Below, piece by piece: positions 36,034 through 43,764 of a DNA stretch of 64,000 bases. The notes under the pieces were generated by a model, which saw nothing but the letters and a program-made list of their open reading frames with translations, searched no databases and was not told where the DNA came from. Positions within the stretch are counted from its first letter, which is position 1. Each line of letters begins with the position of its first letter. Source of the stretch: Thermoleophilaceae bacterium. Its GTDB lineage: Bacteria; Actinomycetota; Thermoleophilia; Solirubrobacterales; Thermoleophilaceae. The translations under genes were made by a program, and so were the position numbers. The stretch lies in assembly GCA_037721005.1 (NCBI GenBank), contig JBBJNU010000001.1:782-64781 (forward strand). Direction: 5' to 3'.

Positions 36034-36966
36034 ATGCTCGATGTCAAGCGGATGAAGGTGCTTCGTGAGGTCGCTGCCCGGGGTTCGTTCTCGGCGGCCG
36101 CGGAAGCGATGTCGTTCACGCAGTCCGCGGTGTCACAACAGATCGCGGCCCTGGAACGTGAGACGGGCTCGACCCTTCTCGAGCGCAGCCCCCGCGGCGT
36201 GCACCTGACCGACGCCGGTCGCGCACTCGTGTCTCACACCGACGCAATCCTCGCCCGGATCGAGGACGCCGAGGAGGAGCTGGCTGCCCTGGCCGGGTTG
36301 CGGGGAGGGCGACTACGGCTCGCCGCCTTCCAGAGCGGTGGCGCAACGCTGTTGCCCCGCGCCGTAAAGGACTTTCACGATCGCCACCCCGCCGTGGAGA
36401 TGTCGATGGTGGAGGCCGAGCCCGGTGAGGCCCAGCAGCGCCTGCGTGAAGGGGACATCGACCTCGCGGTGATCTATGACTTCGAGCGGCTCCCCGGCTC
36501 GCTGAGCTCGGAGCTGGAGCTCTCCCATCTGATCGACGACCCCTACCAGGCCGTGATCTCAAAGGACCATCCCCTGGCCGCCCGCCGCCGGCTACGACTG
36601 GCCGACCTGTCCGGCGACCCGTGGATCGCCGGGACGCCGAGGTGTGGTTGCCGGGCCATCACCGACCGGGCATGCGAGGACGCGGGCTTTGACGCCCGGG
36701 TGGCTTTCGAGGCCGACGAGACGATGGCCGCGCAGGCGCTCGTGGCCGCCGGTGTCGGGGTCACGATCTTCCCGCGTCTCGCCCTCAACCCGCTCCATCC
36801 CGGAGTGGTAACTCGCTCGCTTGGCCGCGAGGCCCCGGTGCGGCGCATCTGGGCCGCCCGCACGACCGAGGGCTATCGCTCGCCGGCCAGCGAGGCGATG
36901 GTGCAGATCCTGCTCGACGTTGCCGAGGAATTCCGGGGCGACACCGAGCTGGCCGCCGTTTCCTAG
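36034..36966 (+). CDS. LysR-family transcriptional regulator
   Basis: N-terminal wHTH (FSAAAEAMSFTQSAVSQQIAALE) plus a LysR substrate-binding domain. Divergent from the EamA gene. Confidence 0.88.
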   Translation: MLDVKRMKVLREVAARGSFSAAAEAMSFTQSAVSQQIAALERETGSTLLERSPRGVHLTDAGRALVSHTDAILARIEDAEEELAALAGLRGGRLRLAAFQSGGATLLPRAVKDFHDRHPAVEMSMVEAEPGEAQQRLREGDIDLAVIYDFERLPGSLSSELELSHLIDDPYQAVISKDHPLAARRRLRLADLSGDPWIAGTPRCGCRAITDRACEDAGFDARVAFEADETMAAQALVAAGVGVTIFPRLALNPLHPGVVTRSLGREAPVRRIWAARTTEGYRSPASEAMVQILLDVAEEFRGDTELAAVS

Positions 36967-37946
36967 CGATCCAGGGCGATCCACCCCTGCGCCAGCTCGG
37001 CCGACGGATCGCCAAGCTCGTCGATCTCGGCCGGCAGCACCAGAGCCCCGCGCCGGCGCACCTGAGCGGCCTCCGCTCGGGGCACGTCGAAGGCAACGCG
37101 GGCGTTGTACGCGGCCGCGGGCGGCAAAGGGAAGAGCCTTGAGCGCGCCAGGAAGACCGAAGCGGGTGCCTCTTCGAACGTGCGCTTACCTATGCGAAGC
37201 TGCGGGGTCAGGGAGCGGATGAGCGTCTTCGTGCGCAGGCGATAGTCCACAATCACGAAGCGTCCACTCGCAGTCTCCGGAGGGAGGAGCTTCGGCTTTA
37301 GTGCGGGTCGCACCTCGGTCTTGCGCACCGTGGCCTCGAACGCCGGAGTCGCGAGCGCCGAGTTGCCGCGGGCAACGGTCACGGGCACACCGCGCAGGCT
37401 GCACGCCTCGCCGCGGTCGCGCAGCGGGTCCCGGCGGCAGGGCCGCTCGCGAGGGGGCAGGAGCCCGGGCCGGCCGAGGTACGCGGCGCGAACCGCACGC
37501 TCGAGGCGATTGAACTGGGGATTTGTGCGCCTCTTCGACCCCGCACTCCAGTCGAGCACGAGGTGCCGGCCGTAGGACTTCCCAGCCGACCAAGTGGAAC
37601 CTGAGCGCGTCCAGCGGATCCCGCGAGCACCGGGCCTCCGCGCGCCGCGGAGCACCTCGCGCCGATCCGCTCGGTCGCGGGTCCAGACGAGGGAGTAAGT
37701 GCCGAGACGAGCGAAGCGGTTCGGCTCAGCCGGCACCTCGAGGCGCGTGCCCACGAGGTCGTCGAGCGAGCGCGAGAGCCGGACACCGGTCAACTGGGCG
37801 AAACGCTCCGTGAACTGCTCAGGCGAGGCGGCCGGCTTCGGTCCTGTCTCGACCTTTCGGTCCCCTTCCTTCTTCTCGCCACCGCACCCCACGGCGCAGA
37901 GCGCGAGAGCGGCACAGGTTGCCGTTGCGCCTGCGCTTGGCTTCAT
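36963..37946 (-). CDS. hypothetical lipoprotein
   Basis: ATG 37946; signal and lipobox MKPSAGATATCAALALCAVGCGG. The rest of track ORF 36963..38180 upstream of it is non-coding-looking. Confidence 0.55.
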   Translation of the reverse strand: MKPSAGATATCAALALCAVGCGGEKKEGDRKVETGPKPAASPEQFTERFAQLTGVRLSRSLDDLVGTRLEVPAEPNRFARLGTYSLVWTRDRADRREVLRGARRPGARGIRWTRSGSTWSAGKSYGRHLVLDWSAGSKRRTNPQFNRLERAVRAAYLGRPGLLPPRERPCRRDPLRDRGEACSLRGVPVTVARGNSALATPAFEATVRKTEVRPALKPKLLPPETASGRFVIVDYRLRTKTLIRSLTPQLRIGKRTFEEAPASVFLARSRLFPLPPAAAYNARVAFDVPRAEAAQVRRRGALVLPAEIDELGDPSAELAQGWIALDR

Positions 37947-38019
37947 TCGCACGAGCCACACGCTAGAGCGCCCGCCCCAGAAGCGCGCCGGGGCGACCAC
38001 GAGCTCGTTCGCCGCCGGG

Positions 38020-38592
38020 TCAGGCTTCCGTCCGCGCCTCGCCCGCCTTGAGCAGACGGTCGCGCAGGTCGCGCTCGTCCTCGGGCGAGGGGTCGAACTG
38101 GGACACGTCCGGTAGGGCGTCAAGCGCCTCGAGGCCGAAGAGACGCTGGAACAGATCGGTGGTGCGGTAGAGCACGGCACCGAACCGAGAACGCCCGGAT
38201 TCCTCGATCAAACCCCGCTCGAGCAGGGTGGACACCGCGGACTCCGAAGCCACGCCGCGGATGCGCGCCACCTCGGGGCGCGAGACGGGCTGTAGGTAGG
38301 CGACGATGCCCAAGGCTTCGGCCTGGGCCTGCGTGAGCGGAGGGGTTCGCGGCCGGGCGAACAGGCGCCGGGCGGCGCGCTCAGCGACCGGGTCGGTGGC
38401 GAGTGCGAAGCCTCCGGCCACCTCACGCAGCACCACGCCGCGGTAGCCGTCGGCGTAGTGCTCGCGAAGCCGCGCCAGGGCCTCGAGCACCTCGCCTTCG
38501 GAGGACTCGCAGGCGTCGGCCAGCCGCTCGAGCGATACCGGCTCGGAGGAGAGGAAGAGCAACGCCTCGACGACGCGCGCGAGCTCGTTCAC
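38020..38592 (-). CDS. scpB: segregation and condensation protein B
   Basis: VVEALLFLSSEPVS N-terminus and tandem winged-helix pattern. Overlaps the scpA stop by 4 nt. Confidence 0.88.
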   Translation of the reverse strand: MNELARVVEALLFLSSEPVSLERLADACESSEGEVLEALARLREHYADGYRGVVLREVAGGFALATDPVAERAARRLFARPRTPPLTQAQAEALGIVAYLQPVSRPEVARIRGVASESAVSTLLERGLIEESGRSRFGAVLYRTTDLFQRLFGLEALDALPDVSQFDPSPEDERDLRDRLLKAGEARTEA

Positions 38593-39323
38593 GACGGCTG
38601 GGCCCCGGCGGTCACGGTGATCGGGCCGAACGGCTCGGGCTGATGCCAGGCGGCCTCGCCGGCCTTGTAGAGCTCGAGGAGGGCGAAGAGCGTGACCGCT
38701 TCGGTGAGGCGATCGGCGCCGCGCACGGCGTCGTCGAATCCAAAGCTCTCTGCACGCGCGAGCAGGCCTCGCAGGTGAGCGAGCCGGGCCTCGATCGACA
38801 CGTGGGGCCTGGCCACGTGGCCGAGGTCGAGCTTCGGCGGGTGGCGCAACAGGCCGCCGATCGCTTCTGCCAGCAGCTCGGGCCGGTAGGTGGCCTCCGC
38901 GGTCTCTAGGGCCACGCGGCGCAGGGACGGCGGCAGGGGCGCCGAGCGGTAGCGGTAGCCGGACTCGGCGGTCAGGCGCTCTTTGAGGTGCTCGGCCGCC
39001 ATCTTGTAGCGGCGGTACTCGAGCATCCGGGCGAGCAGCTCCTCGGCGGCTTCCCCCGGCTCGATGTCGAGGCCCTCGGCCTCCTCGGAGGGCAGCATGA
39101 GCCGCGACTTGAGCTCGAGCAGGGCGGCGATCAGCAGCAGGAACTCTGTGGTGGCCTCCAGATCGAGCTCGCCCGCGCGCTCGAGGTGATCGATGTAGGC
39201 GATTACCACGTCGAGAAGCTCGACCTCCAGCAGATCCACCTCCTCGCGAAGAACGAGGGTGAGCAGAAGGTCGAAGGGCCCGTTGAAGACCTCCAGGTCG
39301 AGCTCGAGGGCGGCGATCGACAT
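38589..39323 (-). CDS. scpA: segregation and condensation protein A (kleisin)
   Basis: FNGPFDLLLTLVLREEVDL N-terminus typical of ScpA. Confidence 0.88.
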   Translation of the reverse strand: MSIAALELDLEVFNGPFDLLLTLVLREEVDLLEVELLDVVIAYIDHLERAGELDLEATTEFLLLIAALLELKSRLMLPSEEAEGLDIEPGEAAEELLARMLEYRRYKMAAEHLKERLTAESGYRYRSAPLPPSLRRVALETAEATYRPELLAEAIGGLLRHPPKLDLGHVARPHVSIEARLAHLRGLLARAESFGFDDAVRGADRLTEAVTLFALLELYKAGEAAWHQPEPFGPITVTAGAQPS

Positions 39324-39372
39324 GCGGAGCAGACTAGAACGGCGAGGGGTCAGAACGACGAGGGACCGACGA

Positions 39373-39415
39373 GGGTCAGACCCCTTGAGTTAAGGCCACT
39401 CAGGGGGTCTGACCC
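39373..39415 (-). terminator. strong hairpin (12 bp + G.U + 5 bp stem, 7-nt loop) abutting the stop of the sulfatase-like gene
   Basis: GGGTCAGACCCC (39373..39384) is the exact reverse complement of GGGGTCTGACCC (39404..39415). Inner TGAGT/ACTCA extends the stem. No U-tract. Confidence 0.5.
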
Positions 39416-40900
39416 CTAGTTGAAGTTCGGTAGGCGTTTTCCGCCCGCGTCGCGAAGCACCAGGCGCCACAGCCTGCGCACCACCTCCGGGTGCTGCGCC
39501 GCCACGTCGCGGTGCTCCCCCGGGTCGCGCCGCGTGTCGAACAGGCGCTTGTCCTTGCCCTGGTTGTCGGAGATCAGCAGCCAGCGGTCGTCGCCGGCGC
39601 TCACGTAGGCGCCGTAGGACGAGGTGAAGGTCTCGCGCCGGGGCGGGCGCTTGCCGGCGAAGAGCAGCGAAAGGTCCACCCCGTCCATGGCGTCTGGCAC
39701 GGGGCGGCCTAGGTAGGAGAGGGCGGTGGGGGCGATGTCGTGGGTGGAGGCCCGGTAGGCCGTGCTCCTTCCGGCCCTCCGGCGCTGGGGGTCGCGGATG
39801 ATCAGCGGCACGTCGGTCACCTCCCTGTACATCTGCGACGGCGCCTTTCCCACCTGCCCGTGCTCGCCGAGCAGCACGCCGTGGTCGGAGAGCACCATCA
39901 CCACGGTGTCCCCTGCGACCGCCGAGCGGTCGAGACTGGCGAGGAAGCGCCCGAACCAGGCGTCGACCATCGTGAGCTCCGCCTTGTAGAGGTTGCGCAC
40001 GCTGCGCATGGCGGTTGGGGTGAGGCCGAAGCGCTCGATCCTTCCGCCCGGAGGGAAGAACGGCTGGATCGGCTTGACGCCTCTGAACCTGCCCTTGCCG
40101 TACATGCGCAGGTAGCGATCCGGCGGGTCCCAGGGCTCGTGCGGGTCGAAGGAGTCGACCACCAGCGCGAACGGCCGCCGGCTCGCGGCCGCCTCCGCCA
40201 CCCAGCGCGACGCGGCGGTGAAGACCCGGGGCGCCAGGTAGTCCTCTTCGGAGTCGCGGCCGAAGTTGGCGTTGAGGAACTCCTCGATGCGCCGCCGGGT
40301 GGTCTTGTCGCGCAAGAGCGGTGGCAGGGCGTGGCGCTCGAGCCGCGCTCGCGAAGTCCGGTCACGTGGCTTTCCGCGAAAGGGCACCTGGCCCTTCACC
40401 GTGACCGGGTGCGTGAAGCGCGCCCGGAAAGGGTCGTAGGCCCCGGAGAGAATGTGCGGGTTGTCGGTCACGTAGCCCGTGCGATAGCCCGCCCTCTCCA
40501 GCAGGTCCGTGAACACCGGAACGCTCCGCGCGATCGGCTGCCAACCCGGCTGCTGAGGCAGCCCCGGTGTCGGGTCCCAGCCGCGGAACGGATAGATCCG
40601 CCGCCCGGTCATGATGGTCCTCCGCGCCGGGATAGTCGGGAAGGCCTCTGGGCGATACCGCGTGAACGACAGACTCTCCCGCGCGAAAGTGTCGAGGTTG
40701 GGCGTGCGCACTCGGCGGCTGGCCAGGTAGTCCGCTCGCACGTTGTCGAGCACCACGACCACCACGTTCTTCGCCCGGGGCGTGGCCCCGAGCAGCGCGT
40801 CCCCTGCCGATCCGAGCAGCGCCGCTCCCGCCGCTCCTCCTCCGAGCTCGAGGAACCGCCGCCGTGTGAGCTCGCCGCCTTTCCCGAGGGCGCCGCTCAT
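39416..40900 (-). CDS. Tat-exported sulfatase-like (alkaline-phosphatase superfamily) protein with Thr at the nucleophile position
   Basis: Twin-arginine signal TRRRFLELGG. Sulfatase-domain order (VVVLDNVRADYL ... FPTIPARRTIMTG ... SDHG). The CxPxR motif is replaced by T-I-P-A-R. Confidence 0.8.
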   Translation of the reverse strand: MSGALGKGGELTRRRFLELGGGAAGAALLGSAGDALLGATPRAKNVVVVVLDNVRADYLASRRVRTPNLDTFARESLSFTRYRPEAFPTIPARRTIMTGRRIYPFRGWDPTPGLPQQPGWQPIARSVPVFTDLLERAGYRTGYVTDNPHILSGAYDPFRARFTHPVTVKGQVPFRGKPRDRTSRARLERHALPPLLRDKTTRRRIEEFLNANFGRDSEEDYLAPRVFTAASRWVAEAAASRRPFALVVDSFDPHEPWDPPDRYLRMYGKGRFRGVKPIQPFFPPGGRIERFGLTPTAMRSVRNLYKAELTMVDAWFGRFLASLDRSAVAGDTVVMVLSDHGVLLGEHGQVGKAPSQMYREVTDVPLIIRDPQRRRAGRSTAYRASTHDIAPTALSYLGRPVPDAMDGVDLSLLFAGKRPPRRETFTSSYGAYVSAGDDRWLLISDNQGKDKRLFDTRRDPGEHRDVAAQHPEVVRRLWRLVLRDAGGKRLPNFN

Positions 40901-42420
40901 CCTGAGATAGCCCCTACCGGCCCGAAGCGCGGAAGGGTGCCGCCGGCATCGTCGAGCACCTCGCCGAAGAGGCGCCGCGCCACATCGGGCTTGCGCCCGG
41001 AGATATCGCGGCGCTCGCGCGGGTCACGAAGCGTGTCGAAGAGCTGGCGCCGCCCGCCCTGGTTGTCCGCGATCAGGAACCACCGCCCGTCCCCGGCCAC
41101 CACGCTGTCGTCATAGCTGGCGGTGAACACGGGGCGCGCGGGGGGGTCACCGCCATCGAAGATCACGCTGAGGTCCTCGCCTTCCATGCGGCCGGGGGGC
41201 TTGACGCCGAGCGCCGAGAGCACGGTTGGTGCGATGTCGTAGGTGGAGGCAAAGAAGTCGCTCGTGCGCCCGGCAGCGCGGCCGGACGGGTCGCGAATCA
41301 TGAGCGGCACGTCCACGATCTGGCGGTAGGCCTTCGACCCGGTCTTGCCCACGAAGCCGTGCTCGCCGAGCAGCACGCCGTGGTCGCTCATCGTCACCAC
41401 CAGTGTGCTCTCGGCGAGGCCCGAGGCGTCCAGGTGATCGAGCAGGCGCCCGAGCCAGAGGTCGGTGAAGGTGACCTCGGCCGCGTAGAGCTCACGGACG
41501 CGGCGCACCAGCTCCGGCGTGAGCCCGGTCAGCTCCACGTTGGCGATGGGAGGAGCAAAGGGCTGGATGGGCTCCGCGCCGCCGCGCACCGGCTCGCCGT
41601 ACATGCCGGCGAAGGCCGGCGGCGGATCGAAGGGCTCGTGGGGACCGAAGGCATCGACCACCAGAGCGAACCGCCTTCGTGAGTCGCGTTTGCTCAGCCA
41701 TTGCACGGCCGAGCGGAAGACCTTGGCGGTAGGATAGTCGTCTTCCCTTGATCGGCCGAGGTTCTCGGCGAGGTACTCGCGCACCCGGTCCTCCGCAGGG
41801 GTCCCGCGCAGCGGCTCCGGGGTGTTCTTGCGCACCAGTTCTTCACCCACACTGCGTCGCGAGGGCCGCGCCGCGGGAACCTGTCCCGCCACTCCGCGGA
41901 CGCTGTCGAGGCGCTCGCGAAACGCTGCGTAGGGAGGCGAGAGGATCCAGGGGTTGTCGGTCACGTACCCCGTCTCGAAGCCGGACTGGCCGAGAAGGTC
42001 GAGAAAGCTCGCCCTCCGCGGTGCGATCGTGGTCCAGCTCGGGCCGGGCGGCAGACCCTCGATCGCCTGCCAATCCCGAAAAGGAAACGAGCGTCGGCCG
42101 GTGAGGATCGCGCGGCGGGCCGCCACGGTGGGAAACGCCTCAGGCCGAGCGCGCGTGAAGCGCAGGCTCTGACGGGCCAGGGCGTCGAGCTCCGGGGTCT
42201 TCGCCCGATCGCCGCCGTAGGCGCCCAGGTGATCCGAGCGCAGGTTGTCGATCACCACCACAATCACGTTCTGCGGGCCGCCTTTCGCCCGCGGCCCGTC
42301 GCCATCGCCCTCGCCCTCGCCCTCGCCCTCGGCGAGCAGGTAGCCGCCCGCTCCCAGGGCGGCCAGACCCGCCGCTCCCGCGCCGCCGCGCAGGAGGTCC
42401 CGGCGCCTCAGCGAGCTCAC
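40897..42420 (-). CDS. Tat-exported sulfatase-like paralogue with Thr at the nucleophile position
   Basis: Signal SLRRRDLLRGG, then an EGEGEGEGDGDG linker, then VVVIDNLRSDHLG ... FPTVAARRAILTG ... SDHG. The GTG start overlaps the trpS stop (GTGA). Confidence 0.8.
   Translation of the reverse strand: MSSLRRRDLLRGGAGAAGLAALGAGGYLLAEGEGEGEGDGDGPRAKGGPQNVIVVVIDNLRSDHLGAYGGDRAKTPELDALARQSLRFTRARPEAFPTVAARRAILTGRRSFPFRDWQAIEGLPPGPSWTTIAPRRASFLDLLGQSGFETGYVTDNPWILSPPYAAFRERLDSVRGVAGQVPAARPSRRSVGEELVRKNTPEPLRGTPAEDRVREYLAENLGRSREDDYPTAKVFRSAVQWLSKRDSRRRFALVVDAFGPHEPFDPPPAFAGMYGEPVRGGAEPIQPFAPPIANVELTGLTPELVRRVRELYAAEVTFTDLWLGRLLDHLDASGLAESTLVVTMSDHGVLLGEHGFVGKTGSKAYRQIVDVPLMIRDPSGRAAGRTSDFFASTYDIAPTVLSALGVKPPGRMEGEDLSVIFDGGDPPARPVFTASYDDSVVAGDGRWFLIADNQGGRRQLFDTLRDPRERRDISGRKPDVARRLFGEVLDDAGGTLPRFGPVGAISG
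42307..42330. repeat. hexanucleotide microsatellite (GCCCTC)x4, encoding the (EG)n linker of the sulfatase-like paralogue
   Basis: Four perfect tandem units read directly, flanked by degenerate units (gtcgccatc). Confidence 0.8.
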
Positions 42421-43439
42421 TTCGGCGCCGGGGCCCCGACGCCCATCGCCGCGCGAACGTCCGACAGTGTCTCGGACGCCATCGCGCGAGCTCGCTCCGC
42501 ACCGCTCGACAGGCCCCTCTCAAGCGCTGCTTCGTCGGGCCGCAGCTGGGCGTAGCGCTCACGTACCGGGCGTAGGAACGAGGCGATCTCTTCGGCTAGG
42601 GCACCCTTGAAGTCCCCGTAGCGCTTTCCCTCGAAGTCAGCCTCCACCTGCTCAGGTGTGGCGCCCCGGATGGCAGCGGTCACCTCGATCAGGTTCGAGA
42701 TCCCCGGCTTGTCGGGTCCGCGACGCACGTCCGACCCGGAATCGGTGACCGCGGACTTGACCTTCCTCAGGATCGACTTCTCGTCGTCGTCCACAAAAAC
42801 GAGGCCGCGTTCCTCGCTGTGGGTGGTGGACATCTTGCGCCCCGGGTCCTGCAGATCCATGATCCGGGCGCCCACGCCGGGGATGCGGTGCTCTGGGGCC
42901 ACGAGCACGTCGCCGTAGGTGGCGTTGAAGCGCTCGGCGATGTCACGCATGAGCTCCACGTGCTGGCGCTGGTCGTCGCCCACCGGCACCTCGTGCGCGC
43001 GGTAGGCCAGCACGTCGGCGGCCTGGAGCACCGGGTAAAGGAAGAGGCTCGTGCGCACCAGTTCGCGCTCGCGCTCGGCCTTGTCCTTGAACTGATGCAT
43101 GCGGGTGAGGTCGCCGTAGGCCGTGACCGCGCTCAAGAGCCAGCAGAGCTCGGAGTGCTCGCGAACGTCGGACTGGCGAAAGAGCACGCAGCGCTCGGGG
43201 TCCAGTCCGGCGGCCATGAGCATCGCCGCGGTGTCGTACACGTAGCGCGGCAGGGCAGCCGGCTCGTAGGCCAGGCTGGTGGCGTGAAGGTCCACGATGC
43301 AGTAGATCGCCGGATCGCCCCGGTCCTGGCCGTCCACGTACTGGCGGATGGCGCCGAGGTAGTTGCCGAGGTGCTTGCGCCCCGAGGGTTGTATGCCGCT
43401 GAAGATGCGCACGACCGGCGGCAGTGTATGAGGCGTCAT
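42417..43439 (-). CDS. trpS: tryptophan--tRNA ligase
   Basis: ATG 43439; FSGIQPSGRKHLGNYLG (HIGH-type) and KMSTT (KMSKS) motifs. The upstream part of the track ORF looks non-coding. Confidence 0.92.
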   Translation of the reverse strand: MTPHTLPPVVRIFSGIQPSGRKHLGNYLGAIRQYVDGQDRGDPAIYCIVDLHATSLAYEPAALPRYVYDTAAMLMAAGLDPERCVLFRQSDVREHSELCWLLSAVTAYGDLTRMHQFKDKAERERELVRTSLFLYPVLQAADVLAYRAHEVPVGDDQRQHVELMRDIAERFNATYGDVLVAPEHRIPGVGARIMDLQDPGRKMSTTHSEERGLVFVDDDEKSILRKVKSAVTDSGSDVRRGPDKPGISNLIEVTAAIRGATPEQVEADFEGKRYGDFKGALAEEIASFLRPVRERYAQLRPDEAALERGLSSGAERARAMASETLSDVRAAMGVGAPAPK

Positions 43440-43484
43440 CCTCAGGGCTACAGGTCCGCCCTGTCGGTACCGAGAGAACACGCG

Positions 43485-43742
43485 ATGGCTTCCACCTCCC
43501 TCGGCCCCACCCGTCCTGACCGCCTCACGATCTGGCCGGTAGAGGACAGCGGGTTCGGCATCGACATCCGCTGGTCGGGGGCCTCGGGCAATAAACGAGC
43601 GACGGTCGTGCGATCGCTCGTCGAGCAGGCCGGTATCCGCGCACGACTCAGCCAAGGCCTCGACGGGCGCGGCTGGGAGCTGCGCGTGGGCCCCGTGCCG
43701 GGCGAAGACGTGGCGCGGGTGATCGACGAGTTCGTCTGGTAG
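43485..43742 (+). CDS. hypothetical 85-aa protein
   Basis: ATG 43485. Consistently high GC3 along the whole ORF. No recognisable domain. Confidence 0.5.
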   Translation: MASTSLGPTRPDRLTIWPVEDSGFGIDIRWSGASGNKRATVVRSLVEQAGIRARLSQGLDGRGWELRVGPVPGEDVARVIDEFVW

Positions 43743-43764
43743 GAGCCGGGCTACCGGAGTTCGC

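Noticed and set aside
43440-43764. T-box riboswitch upstream of trpS (the minus strand contains CTCGGTACCG, resembling the GGTGGTACCG T-box core).
   Set aside because: The UGGN tRNA-acceptor-pairing bases are not present. No specifier-loop or AG-bulge features were seen. The region is better explained by a plus-strand ORF with high GC3.
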